Source of the DNA: Pecten maximus
Taxonomy: Eukaryota
Length of the DNA stretch: 64,000 nucleotides
Direction: 5' to 3'
Assembly: GCF_902652985.1 (NCBI RefSeq)
Contig: NC_047020.1
Span: 3,596,001-3,660,000, forward strand
In this document: one piece after another, positions 51,111 to 64,000 of the stretch
Layout: every line of letters begins with the position of its first letter
Position numbering within the stretch: the stretch's first letter is position 1
Position numbers and translations under genes: made by a program
The notes under the pieces: generated by a model
What the model saw: the letters and a program-made list of their open reading frames with translations, nothing else
What the model was told of the DNA's origin: nothing
The model's database searches: none

Positions 51111-52553
51111 TTGGACAGATTTCCAACTTCCTTTCAGAATAACCAAGTAAGTGATGCATGGCCCTAAGCCTTATGGGTAATTTTGTTCGTCTTTTGGACA
51201 AGAATATAAATCTGCTCATTATTTACAAAGCCTAAGAGTTTCCCATACAAGTTAATGTTGTGTACATTATTGACTAAAATCAGGGCTAGCTATAGGTCAT
51301 TATCTTGTGATTGTCTTGACATTCACTAATCTTCGTTTGACATTTATGTCACAATACCTGGGGTTACATGAAGTGATTTTATAATCTACTGGTGATAAAT
51401 TGTACCAGATTGGGAATTACAAGCAGTTCAGAGGAAAACTTCCACTGCATTTCAATGTCGAAATAAGTGACAGGATTATAAAAACCTCAGAGCCATGAAA
51501 TGGCTTTTAATCAAGAAAACTTCATTGTATTTTTTCACTGTTGATCTAAATTGTTTAGAGGGTTACTGGTAAGTTTTGTATAGTTGATAGTGATGGCCAC
51601 TTAGTAACCTCTTACCACATAACTAGGTCAGTGACTGATATAGAAAACCATTCAATTCCTTTATGTAGTAAATGATTTGTTACAATAAGAAACTCCACAA
51701 ATCTCCGTGTTCTAGATGATTTTTTACAATGAATAATACAAGTTTGTAAACATGTTTTATTCCATCTTGCAGCAACATGCAACGTCATTCATGATAAAAA
51801 AAAAGTTTTCAGATATGATTTTTAGATTGTATCCTGTCTTTTTCACCACAGTTTGTTGTTTTCCTGACAGAACTTTATTGATTATTTTGTCCAATATGTC
51901 TCTAATAAATGTTTTGACTGAACTTTATTTCACTTCCAAGGTTGTTACAAATGCCGAAACCAAACAGGCTGTTTCTCCTTTGCTGGTTTTGAGTATGACA
52001 TGCTTACGAGAACTGTAGATCCACAAAACGCTATGGTACATGCTAAATGTCTAATTATATAAACAACCTAAGAAGTGGTGTAACACTATGAAGTAAAATG
52101 CTGTATGCAGGAACCTGGAATTGATGAGTGTATGCAATTTTTTCATGGGGTTAGCTTGCACATCTTAAGAATTTTCAAAGTGTAGTTTGATATTTTTTAC
52201 ACATAATCTTGCATTTACACATACCGTATGTTAGTTATATATATGTAGTGCTTAATCTAAACAGTTTCAGTTTCTATAAACAATTACAAGACTATCTGTT
52301 CAAAAGTACATATAGAAGAAAAATCACAAGAACACATGTTGAAATTTGCCATACTCATTTAAACTGTAAACACATTCCCGCCTGATTAAAAACAAAATCT
52401 GTAGTTCATTGAGAAAGCTGGATTTATTCCAGATATACGACAAAGAAACCAAGGCTACTATATTCAGAAACAATAGTACATATCTGTTATGTACATTAAT
52501 AGGGTTCTGATCACCTGGCACAGTATCAAAGTCAGATCACCTGCTCAATATAA

Positions 52554-53910
52554 GGCCTGTTTTTTATACTCGAACATGTTTATGGTTTGAAATAACCTGA
52601 AACATGTTTAAGCTATTAAACATAAACATGTTTAAGGGTTTTAAAAAACGCATTGGTTGAAAAATATGGTGTTAAAACAACAAGAACTAGTTACAATAGC
52701 ATAAATTTATGTAGCTAATATCAAGAGATATTGCATGTTTAAGATTTAAAAAAGATTAGTAATGAAATTATTAAGTAAGAATAAAGAGCAAAGTGACTTC
52801 ACATTTCGGGCAACATGCTTATATTTATCTATTTTTGGAAAATTACACAGCGGAAAAGTATGTAAAAAATATCAGGTGAATGATCTAACAATTGTTTACT
52901 ATAGTTTCTACCACAATACGCCGTGTTATTCAACTTTGACCCAAGCTGCAACTGTTATTGACGTCATCAATAATCTAATGACGTCACATCACCGGGTCCC
53001 GGATGTCACCGGTACACTTCATTTGCATACGCGAAATTATACTTGGCCACGTTTCCCTTTGATTCAAGCCCATATTATTGTGGTAGAAACAGGTCACATG
53101 ACTCGAAATTGTTGGATATATTTCGTGCATTTTGAAAAATTTTCAATGAATTTTTAGGACTTCGTTTTTCAATGTATTTTCTTGAAATTCCATACATAGA
53201 GGTTACACAACGAGTGGATGTTGGATATGGAATTTATTTCACACGAGTAAGTTATTTTTTAAAAGTTGCAAAAAACACTCGCTAAAGCTCGCGTCTTTTG
53301 TAACTTTTAAAAAATAACTTACTCGTGTGAAATAAATTCCATATCCAACATCCACTCGTTGTGTAACCTCTATGTATGGAATTTCAAGAAAATACATTGA
53401 AAAACGAAGTCCTAAATATTCATTGAAAATTTTTCAAAATGCACGAAATATATCGTAAAAATATGACGTGGCCGAATACTTTTGGCACATTACTGTATAC
53501 TACAACATATACTGTCTGAAAATGAGATGTGCGAAGAGAACAACAGCATTTTTCAGAAATGTTTTAATATAATGAAATCTTGCCGAAGTGATACTCCATA
53601 TCAACTTCATTTATATGCTCTGTTACTGTCATCATTGCAAACAAACCCTGGAGAACATGAAGGTCATATCAGACTGAAGGGTTATGAAGAAATCAAATCA
53701 ACATTTGAAAGTCTCCTCCCTCGCCTGTCAGTTCTACGGCTTGCAGCAGCACTTGCTCCACCATCTTGATTCGATCTCAAACATGCTTTTAATCGCGGTT
53801 GAGGAACTCTTTAACCATTTAACCGAGTGGTTAAAACCAAGCCATGAAAAAACGCTTAACCATAAAAGTGTTTCAAACCTTAAACATGTTTGAGTATAAA
53901 AAAACAGGCC
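52554..53910. mobile_element. Non-autonomous PIF/Harbinger-type DNA transposon
   Basis: ~40-bp TIRs ggcctgtttttt(t)atactc(g/a)aacatgttta(t/a)ggtttgaaa; TAA on both flanks (52551-52553 and 53911-53913), the 3-bp TWA TSD typical of PIF/Harbinger. No intact transposase. Confidence 0.8.
53115..53454. repeat. 340-bp near-perfect palindrome nested inside the Harbinger element
   Basis: Arms of ~160 bp (gatatatttcgtgc...aaaagttgcaaaa / ttttgtaactttt...gcacgaaatatatc) with about 3 mismatches; loop region ctcgctaaagctcg. Confidence 0.95.
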
Positions 53911-55289
53911 TAATGACATTAATTTTTTTTTTTATTAATAAACAAAAATATTTAACACAGTATTGACAGATTTATCTTCATTAAATATAAAACTTATTTT
54001 GGGAGGGTTTATAACACATAGATAAAAACATCACTGTAGTTTTATCTGTATAAGACCAATTAATTCTAATTGGGAGTTCTGAGTAACCAAAATACACTCT
54101 GTTTAATAGTAAGAGGTTTTAAGTTATATTACATTCACATTAAGTAATTACATGTAACTGTTTCAGTATTAAATATGTTTGTTTTGTTTGCCTGCTGGGA
54201 TTATCGCCTCATCAACCACTAGTGTCCTTTTGAGGTAGGATATGTTGGTACTACTTCCCTAACAACATAGATGTGGTCCCTCACCAAAGAAATTGGTGTC
54301 AACATCTTGTCCAAACAGATCTTGGGGGAATATTACTTTAAATAGAACTTTATTACATACAATCATACAATTCTAAATGATAAACATTTCCTTACATAGT
54401 GTTTATATCTACAAAAATGTGGATTATGCATGATCATTAAAACAAATTACATTCCTTTAATACTTTATATATGAATACAGATTTTGTGGTATGTAGTAAC
54501 TCATTATCTGACTCGAATTGTATTTTGATTGTAATTTATTTCAAAAGTTTAAAACACAATACGTTTTGCACATATGAGTGCACTAAGACAATCATGGTTT
54601 TAGGTATTGAATCATCATAGAAATGTAAATTGGTATCATGTTACACAGGTACACACCTATATATATATAAGTGTACCTTGTAGCCTAAACAAAATGATTA
54701 CCTGTACTGTAGACCTCAATGATTTTGTCATGTATACCTGCTCGTATAAAAGACATCTTAATTATTTTTGGGTGTATCTACACTGTTTTTATATAATCAA
54801 CATGAATTTGTAATTGAAAATTAATGAAATAAAGCTGTAAAGGGAAGGCTGACACAGGAAGTTCTGATCAGCTGTCTGATTACCTGTACTAACGAGGTTT
54901 GTTAAATTTATGTAATATATTATGTACCTGTATATATAACATGATAGAAACTTGTTTAGCAGATGGATATGTCTGTCGTTTGAATCCCTATATCCATACA
55001 TCTTATCACAGAGGGCCGGCCATACGTCAGTTATATGAATATTTAATTAATTAGTTACAGGTAGCTATCAAGGTAAAATTTAGGGGAGATGTGTTGTGTA
55101 TATTATATAATTAATACACTTGCATTTCCCTCAAGAAAGCATTTAAGAAACTAGTAACACATGTGACTATGTTGGAGTCAAATCATGTAAATACTTTATA
55201 AAAACATAACAAACTAAATCTGAGTCAAGTATTGGAATTCTCTAAGTGTGGTACTTGATACAGTGCTCTATATATATCTTAGTTTCCCA

Positions 55290-56996
55290 AGTGACATTGA
55301 GACTGCCCCCTTCTGACAGATGTATTGTCTCACCCCTAGTGACATTAGAGACTGCCCCCTTCTGACTGATGTATTGTCTCACCCCCTAGTGACATTGAGG
55401 CTGCCCCCTCCTGACAGATGTATTGTCTCACCCCCTAGTGACATTGAGACTGCCCCCTTCTGACTGATGTATTGTCCCACCCCCTAGTGACATTGAGACT
55501 GCCCCCTCCTGACTGATGTATTGTCTCACCCCCTAGTGACATAGAGACTGCCCCCTCCTGACTGATGTATTGTCTCACCCCCTAGTGACATTGAGACTGC
55601 CCCCTCCTGACTGATGTATTGTCCCACCCCCTAGTGACATTGAGACTGCCCCCTCCTGACTGATGTATTGTCTCACTCCCTAGTGACATTGAGACTGCCC
55701 CCTCCTGACTGATGTATTGTCTCACCCCCTAGTGACATTGAGACTGCCCCCTCCTGACTGATGTATTGTCTCACCCCCTAGTGACATAGAGACTGCCCCC
55801 TCCTGACAGATGTATTGTCTCACCCCCTAGTGACATTGAGACTGCCCCCTCCTGACTGATGTATTGTCCCACCCCCTAGTGACATTGAGCCTGCCCCCTT
55901 ATGACTGATGTATTGTCTCACCCCCTAGTGACATTGAGCCTGCCCCCTTATGACTGATGTATTGTCTCACCCCCTAGTGACATTGAGACTGCCCCCTCCT
56001 GACTGATGTATTGTCTCACCCCCTAGTGACATTGAGACTGCCCCCTCCTGACTGATGTATTGTCTCACCCCCTAGTGACATTGAGACTGCCCCCTTCTGA
56101 CTGATGTATTGTCCCACTCCCTAGTGACATTGAGACTGCCCCCTCCTGACTGATGTATTGTCTCACCCCCTAGTGACATTGAGACTGCCCCCTTCTGACT
56201 GATGTATTGTCCCCCCCCCCCCCCCTAGTGACATTGAGACTGCCCCCTTCTGACTGATGTATTGTCCCACCCCCTAGTGACATTGAGACTGCCCCCTTAT
56301 GACTGATGTATTGTCTCACCCCCTAGTGACATTGAGCCTGCCCCCTTATGACTGATGTATTGTCTCACCCCCTAGTGACATTGAGACTGCCCCCTCCTGA
56401 CTGATGTATTGTCTCACCCCCTAGTGACATAGAGACTGCCCCCTTCTGACTGATGTATTGTCTCACCCCCTAGTGACATTGAGCCTGCCCCCTCCTGACT
56501 GATGTATTGTCTCACCCCTAGTGACATAGAGACTGCCCCCTCCTGACTGATGTATTGTCTCACCCCCTAGTGACATAGAGACTACCCCCTCCTGACAGAT
56601 GTATTGTCTCACCCCCTAGTGACATAGAGACTACCCCCTCCTGACTGATGTATTGTCCCACCCCCTAGTGACATTGAGACTGCCCCCTCCTGACTGATGT
56701 ATTGTCTCACCCCCTAGTGACATTGAGACTGCCCCCTCCTGACTGATGTATTGTCTCACCCCCTAGTGACATTGAGACTGTCCCCTCCTGACTGATGTAT
56801 CGTCTCACCCCCTAGTGACATTGAGACTGCCCCCTCCTGACTGATGTATTGTCTCACCCCCTAGTGACATTGAGACTGTCCCCCTCCTGACTGATGTATT
56901 GTCTCACCCCCTAGTGACATTGAGACTGCCCCCTTCTGACTGATGTATTGCCTCACCCCCTAGTGACATTGACACTGCCCCCTTCTGACTGATGTA
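55290..56996. repeat. Minisatellite, 49-bp unit, ~35 copies
   Basis: agtgacattgagactgccccctcctgactgatgtattgtctcaccccct. Confidence 0.97.
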
Positions 56997-57374
56997 TATA
57001 ATGCCGCGTCATTGTACACATTTGATATACCTATATAGTAGCCAATATTCAAACCCCGGTAGGTATATTGATCTCTAGTAAATGATAGAAGCCATCTAAT
57101 ATACAAGGCAAGTGTTAAATGAATGTCACACCTTGAAAATTTACACCAGCTGTATAATGTATTCATGAAGGACACAGAATTGATATGTAATTAGGTATTA
57201 TAATTAGGCATTAGGCTATAGACAGGCTTTTTCAATTCGTAAATTTATTCAGTCTTGTTATATTCTCCAGAAAAAATTTAAAACTTTCCATTTTTAATAA
57301 CAAATGTTTCTTATAATGGAAATATATTGTATCAAAGTATCTAAGAATAACAATGGTATATGTACACAATGAAC

Positions 57375-57537
57375 TATAGTTGAACCTGTTTAAAAAGCTA
57401 CCTATATCTGGTAAAGAGCTGTCTGTAATGGGCATCTGTGTTGGTTTCCAACCTCTACACAAGGATCACAGCTGTATATAAAAAGGTCACTTTTCTCTGC
57501 TCCCTTGAGTGGCTATCATAAACGGGTTTGACTGGTT
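57375..57537. mobile_element. Old MITE remnant (Tc1/mariner-like ends)
   Basis: Degenerate TIRs agttgaacctgttta / taaacgggtttgact about 160 bp apart. Confidence 0.35.
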
Positions 57538-57939
57538 ATAGACATTTCCACATTTACTACCAAAAGTTCTGGAATATGATTACAAAGCAGACTATGCTAT
57601 CCAGTATAATAAACCAGAAGCCTATATTGCTGAGACAGAAGACAGATGGTAGTTGTGGTTACCAGATCACAGAGGTGTATATCGGTACAGAAGGATATCT
57701 GCTGTACATCTCCTTCACATTTAACATCTCTCACAGATAATATGTTTCTTTTTAATCCTACTTCCCATTATAAATGTGTAAACGTGCTCAATAAAATGAT
57801 GTAAGAGTATGAAGATGTCCATACAAACAGGTAGCTTTCCCAGCCTATGTTTGAGCTATTATTAGACAATAAATTACCTGGCTTGACATTGTAGATCCTG
57901 ATCTTTATATATTATATTGAATAGAGGATCTTACATGAG

Positions 57940-58054
57940 CTATCTAATCAATTGTAGATACTCATTATCTTCTCCGTAAACTCTGATGAACATTCATATA
58001 TAATATATATGGAGTTTACGGAGGAGATAATGAACATCTAATTTGATTAGATTG
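57940..58054. mobile_element. 115-bp MITE with 9-bp TSD (MULE/Mutator-like)
   Basis: ~44-bp imperfect TIRs (ctatctaatcaattgtagatactcattatcttctccgtaaactc / ggagtttacggaggagataatgaacatctaatttgattagattg) flanked by the direct repeat ttacatgag at 57931-57939 and 58055-58063. Confidence 0.75.
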
Positions 58055-58102
58055 TTACATGAGTGGCTATGTCATATGGAACTTATCAATCAAGTTCAAT
58101 AA

Positions 58103-58321
58103 ATGCTACAAGTGTAAGATTCTGTTTATCACATCACTACTACAAGTGTAAGATTCTGTTTATCACATCACTGATACAAGTGTAAGATTCTGTTTATCAC
58201 ATCACTGATACAAGTGTAAGATTCTGTTTATCACATCACTGCTACAAGTGTAAGATTCTGTTTATCACATCACTGCTACAAGTGTAAGATTCTGTTTATC
58301 ACATCACTGATACAAGTGTAA
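58103..58321. repeat. Minisatellite, 34-bp unit, ~6 copies
   Basis: tacaagtgtaagattctgtttatcacatcactg(c/a). Confidence 0.92.
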
Positions 58322-58637
58322 AAAGACAGCTAAAAGCATATTCCTGTTGAGTGGTCCGACAGGAATCAAACCTGGGTCCCTGTAGTGTGATAATTCAGTG
58401 CTCCACTTTCTCAGTAAAAGCAGCATGATCAAGTCATACTGACCCACTTTTTTTACACATATTTATGAAAGTATTTTCTATATAAGATGTAACCATTACT
58501 CCTTAAGAAATTAATAAAAAGTGTCAGCAATACGCATAAACCAGGCTTTTAACGACACCAAGACTGTGATTCTGATAAGGTTGTCAAATTTCAACTAGGA
58601 AGATCATGTTTTCCTCTGTATTTCTATCTTTATTCTA

Positions 58638-60405
58638 TATCTTTGAGACACAAGACATGCCCTCAGTAAACATTATATAAAGTGGATGTAGTTATTGAGA
58701 CGGAGGTGTCTTTGAGACACGAGACTGTGCCCTCAGTAAACATTATATAAAGTGGATGTAGTTATTGAGACGGAGGTGTCTTTGAGACACAAGACATGCC
58801 CTCAGTAAACATTATATAAAGTTGAAGTATAGTTATTGAGACGGAGGTGTCTTTGAGACACAAGTCATCCCCTCAGTAAACATTGTATAAAGTGGATGTA
58901 GTTATTGAGACGGAGGTATCTTTGAGACACGAGACACCCCCTCAGTAAACATTATATAAAGTGGATGTAGTTATTGAGATGGAGGTGTCTTTGAGACACG
59001 AGACATGCCCTCAGTAAACATTATATAAAGTGGATGTAGTTATTGAGATGGAGGTATCTTTGAGACACGAGACTGTGCCCTCAGTAAACATTATATAAAG
59101 TGGATGTAGTTATTGAGATGGAGGTATCTTTGAGACACGAGACATGCCCTCAGTAAACATTATATATAGTGGATGTAGTTATTGAGATGGAGGTATCTTT
59201 GAGACACGAGACATGCCCTCAGTAAACATTATATAAAGTGGATGTAGTTATTGAGATGGAGGTATCTGTGAGACACGAGACATGCCCTCAGTAAACATTA
59301 TATAAAGTGGATGTAGTTATTGAGATGGAGGTATCTGTGAGACACGAGACACCCCCTCAGTAAACATTATATAACGTGGATGTAGTTATTGAGACGGAGG
59401 TATCTTTGAGACACGAGACATGCCCTCAGTAAACATTATATATAGTGGATGTAGTTATTGAGACGGAGGTATCTTTGAGACACGAGACATGCCCTCAGTA
59501 AACATTATATAAAGTGGAAGTATAGTTATTGAGATGGAGGTATCTGTGAGACACGAGACACCCCCTCAGTAAACATTATATAACGTGGATGTAGTTATTG
59601 AGACGGAGGTATCTTTGAGACACGAGACACCCCCTCAGTAAACATTATATAAAGTGGATGTAGTTATTGAGACGGAGGTATCTTTGAGACACGAGACATG
59701 CCCTCAGTAAACATTATATAAAGTGGAAGTATAGTTATTGAGATGGAGGTGTCTTTGAGACACGAGACATGCCCTCGGTAAACATTATATAAAGTGGAAG
59801 TATAGTTATTGAGACGGAGGTGTCTTTGAGACACGAGACATGCCCTCAGTAAACATTATATAAAGTGGAAGTATAGTTATTGAGACGGAGGTATCTTTGA
59901 GACACGAGACATGCCCTCAGTAAACATTATATAAAGTGGAAGTATAGTTATTGAGACGGAGGTGTCTTTGAGACACGAGACATGCCCTCAGTAAACATTA
60001 TATAAAGTGGATGTAGTTATTGAGACGGAGGTGTCTTTGAGACACGAGACATGCCCTCAGTAAACATTATATAAAGTGGATGTAGTTATTGAGACGGAGG
60101 TGTCTTTGAGACACGAGACATGCCCTCAGTAAACATTATATATAGTGGATGTAGTTATTGAGATGGAGGTATCTTTGAGACACGAGACATGCCCTCAGTA
60201 AACATTATATAAAGTGGATGTAGTTATTGAGACGGAGGTGTCTTTGAGACACGAGACATGCCCTCAGTAAACATTATATAAAGTGGATGTAGTTATTGAG
60301 ACGGAGGTGTCTTTGAGACACGAGACATGCCCTCAGTAAACATTGTATAAAGTGGATGTAGTTATTGAGATGGAGGTATCTTTGAGACACAAGTCATCCC
60401 CTTAG
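58638..60405. repeat. Minisatellite, ~69-bp unit, ~25 copies
   Basis: tctttgagacacgagacatgccctcagtaaacattatataaagtggatgtagttattgagacggaggtg. Confidence 0.97.
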
Positions 60406-60984
60406 AGTTCTGTAGTATCCATTGATTCATCAGAAGAATTACTCTGGCTCATTGTCTATTCCTTTATTGGTTGACTATAGAAAGATGGAATTAATCTCTA
60501 TGACTGATGTTTGGGGAAGAGCCCAGTATCACAGTGGTAGATCTGGAACCAGGGACTCTTAGGTCGTTAAAAAAAGATTACAGACTGTCAGTTATTGTCA
60601 GAGTTGATTTAAAAAGCTCCCTTTTTAACAATTAACAATGATACACAATGATAAAGACAGCAACTGATAGGATTCAGAGAATAGTAATAAGTTAAAACTC
60701 ATTAAACAGATATCCGTTATTGATTTGTGAGAAATACCCATCAATATAACCCATTCCTCTGGTGAGTTCCGGTTTTCCCACCAATACAAACTGAGGAATC
60801 AGTATTGACTTCCGGGAGCACATCTTTATATACTTTTTACTTGATTCCTTATACTAAAGAGAATGCTTTGGATAAATTAACCATGCCCATAACTGATCCT
60901 GCTGATTAGGAATAGATTTTGTTTATCAAAAGAACTTTCATTATATCAGTGTAACTGCATCACAGGATTAATTAGATTTAATTC

Positions 60985-61050
60985 ACTGCATAGGGTTCGA
61001 ACCCAGGACCTCGGGCTTTCTAGACTTATGCTAACTGATCAAACTAAAAA
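60985..61050 (-). mobile_element. tRNA-derived SINE head fragment
   Basis: B-box-like gggttcgaaccc followed by aggacctc; no full cloverleaf. A similar weaker fragment lies at ~58350-58420. Confidence 0.35.
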
Positions 61051-62341
61051 ATTCTCTGCAGTCAAGCAGTATGTTGCTTTTCCAATTGATTAAAATATCA
61101 GATCCACCATATGCATTGCATCATATATATATGCATGAGGTTCTGTGATAATTCAGGTCAATTTATTTCTGTAGTGCTTGCCCCGGTATAAGAACAGGTG
61201 TCTCTATACATAGATGTATGGTAATATTAAAACAGATTTCTGATTAGGGAGGTATATTGTTTCTGGAATCTGAACAGGTTTTTGTACAGTATTTATATAT
61301 AACATAAAGGACGTTGTTTTCAGTATAAAACTGTATTATTGGACGATAGTTTAGCTGAACATTATAAAAAAGATAATCAAAATTCTGGCCAATTCAATTA
61401 ATGACAAATAAAAGGAATTTTATTTCTGTTGACTTGACTGGAATTAAAAAATAAATCTTGTCAATGATGATGAAAGATCATTACCCTTCAGACAAATTTG
61501 TTAACCTCCGTCTGAACCTTGTTGATAGAATATTCAACTAAAGATTTTCAAAGGTACAACATTAAGTCTGTCAATATGAGAGAAAACAGCCTATCAATGA
61601 ATACAGATGTAAATTAAATACAGTATAGTAACTGCTTCTCTGACTCAGTCATGATAACTGTGTATAAATCAATACCTCTGTAACTGGACGAGTGATCACG
61701 AACAGTTAACGTATTTAGATGGTTATCGAGTGTGATTGTTGACCAATGTTATACCCACAAAGTTATCAAATTGTTACATATGTATAACAACTTGTAATCC
61801 TGCTCCCTGTTTGTGTAAAAGTATAAGATCATTTCACAACAACTTAAAACCACATATTTTTAAAATATTGAATATATGTTGATATGAAAGCCTCTTATTT
61901 GTAAACCATTTGGACAGATGTAACAAAGTTATCAACTTACTTCTTGTATGGTTCCATTAAAGTTGATTGTTTTCTTTAGAGATGTACATGCTTCCTTACA
62001 CTACACCAGTGTCAGGTTGTTGTGGAGTTGTGTCCCTTTAATGGTGCTACCTTATACAGGATATAACACTCTGCAATTTCAAAACAACAACAAATATTTA
62101 CAGCAAAGTAATAAACTTGATATTAAATCATGTACAAACCACAAAACTGTCCTATTACAAACTTTATTTGTTACCCAGGTGTTATTATAGCAGGTATTCT
62201 TGCATGATTATCTTTAGTTCCTTGTGACTGTTTAAGAAAGAAGACAAGTGTCAGAATATTAAATGCAGTGATGCGTATCTGTGAACAGGCGTTTCTTGCT
62301 ACATCGATAAAGCAGTGATTATAATCTGTCGTACATATAGC

Positions 62342-62692
62342 ATCTGAAATGAGTTTTAAATTCTCACGAGATTTTATGAAACAAGTCTTAGTAAAACCTC
62401 GAGACGAGTTTTATGAAATGAAAGCAAATTTAAGATAATTTTGATCATATAACTCAGAAAACTTCCATTTTACAGGTTTTATTTTTTGCTGAGAACATAA
62501 TTATCAAATGGAGGCCGCTATTTTGTTGTACCATTCACAATTCATGACGTCACTTCATTGTCCATCTTATGACGTCACAATCAATTTTTTGACTCGGGCA
62601 CAATCAATGAAAAATACTCAAGGGAATATTGCACTAGTGTGACATATATGCAACATCAGCAAATTCACAGGATTACAGTGGTTATATGATAA
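62342..62692. mobile_element. Degenerate hairpin-ended element of the same structural class as 20761-21478
   Basis: Decayed 5' hairpin, then tgatcatataac (~62440) whose inverted copy gttatatgataaa closes at 62692; internal paired tgacgtca motifs. Confidence 0.4.
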
Positions 62693-64000
62693 ACCTGGAT
62701 CTTACATGGAGTAGGATCTGAATTCCAAAGATAATAGGATGACCTAAGTAGATAAAGGTTGAGTGTAGGATGTGGATCCTATATTGAAATTAGGGGAGTT
62801 GGTGAGTAGGACAGAGACCCGTAAAGATGTCAATGGATAAGATTTAGATCCCATTGAGGTATAACTGGTAAGAACTGGATCCCATAGATGGTAGATGTTG
62901 ACCTGCTACTGGAGGTATCCCTCTCTGTGTTGCATGTCTGAGAACATTACGTATGGAGAAGTATACAGGATACATGGCCTTATATTTCGGCCTTGTCTGG
63001 AAATGGAGCTGTTTACATAATAACAACTGCCAATGTGATCTATATGTAAATCACAATTGTGATGTTTCTGAATCATAGCCAGAATGGATGACTCACATCT
63101 ATTGATCGTTGTCAGTTAAAAAAGGATGATTGCATAGCAGCAGAGAAAAACTTATCATTGTTGGGGCATTATTTTCCCTCTATCCTGTGGTAATAGGTAC
63201 ATATATATTTTATGGTACTGCACTTAAACTGTTCCCATGGGGATGAGGAGTCGTGTACAAATCAATGGAGTGTGAATTTTATTATAGAGTACATTTGGAG
63301 ATGCAGAATAGAGTGCATCTGTGGGGTTTTCTCAGATTCAGGTGTAGGTTTTATGATGTCGTATCCTGACAGGAGAATGTAGAGTCTAATCTATCAAGCC
63401 TACAGTGCTGTTTGATGCATGCTGGCACCTTCAGTGCAGTCGTATATTTCCTCAATTTAATTAAGATTCCGGTTTAAACATTTTGTTCTAAGCTGACCTA
63501 GATAAAAGTTAGATTATGGCATTTTAAGTATGGTTTGTGAAATGTTAATTTAAAGCATTTACATGTAAGGGAAACAGGTCAATAAGTATTAATTAACCTT
63601 AACAATATTACCATGTACGTGTGTGTGAGAGTTATTTCCCTTTGTCTAATGTTCTGGAGGTTACTGATCAATGACTACACTCCAAGTTAACTCATCAACA
63701 TTCCTTAACTTATGTAAATCCCTTAACCATATATTAACTGTAGGGATTACATTAACTGATGTAGGGTTAAAATCCTAGTTAAAGAACTGTTCTTCATTTC
63801 TTTAATGCATTCCTATGGAAAGTTTTAAAGTTTAGGGATTATCTTTAGCTACTTGTAATGGATATCGGTGAAACTGGGGCCTCAGTTACCATGAGGCTGT
63901 CAACAATACATTGTATGCATACCTGGCTAAATTATGGTTTTGTTAATACAAACAGTTTAATCAAGTCTTATTTTACACCAAGTTGTACACTTAATATAGC

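Noticed and set aside
53482-53919. Short ORFs inside the Harbinger element as transposase or Myb remnants
   Set aside because: No DDE or Myb/SANT motif recognisable by eye; a translated HMM search would be needed.
1681-60405. CRISPR-like appearance of the regular 24-51-bp repeats
   Set aside because: Units are head-to-tail with no unique spacers, there are no cas genes, and the context is a spliced eukaryotic genome.
60985-61050. tRNA gene
   Set aside because: Only a B-box-like motif; no acceptor stem or cloverleaf, so treated as a SINE fragment.

Overview
Eukaryotic (invertebrate, most like a bivalve mollusc, inferred from repeat types) genomic DNA with spliced genes and roughly 40% tandem repeat. 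(1) Minus strand, ~7811 to <139: a multi-exon gene for a type II membrane protein with a TM anchor, a ~660-aa Ser/Thr-rich mucin stalk, six LDL-receptor class A modules and the start of an SRCR domain. This is the stem of a type II transmembrane serine protease (corin/nudel/enteropeptidase-like); any protease domain would lie off the left edge. (2) Minus strand, 23446-16244: a complete 9-coding-exon UPF0462/C4orf33 homologue made of two fused C4orf33 domains (410 aa). (3) A probable first coding exon of an unidentified plus-strand gene at 49009-49220. More than 20 mutually unrelated minisatellites (18-69 bp units) fill the introns and intergenic space. One of them amplifies an exon end plus its splice donor about 34 times. 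Non-autonomous transposons include a PIF/Harbinger element (TAA TSD) carrying a 340-bp near-perfect palindrome, a MULE-like MITE (9-bp TSD), Helentron/HINE-like elements and a class of hairpin-ended elements. 24650-27170 looks like unpolished, error-rich assembly. No CRISPR arrays, rRNA or intact tRNA genes were seen, and most entries in the ORF track are repeat artefacts.
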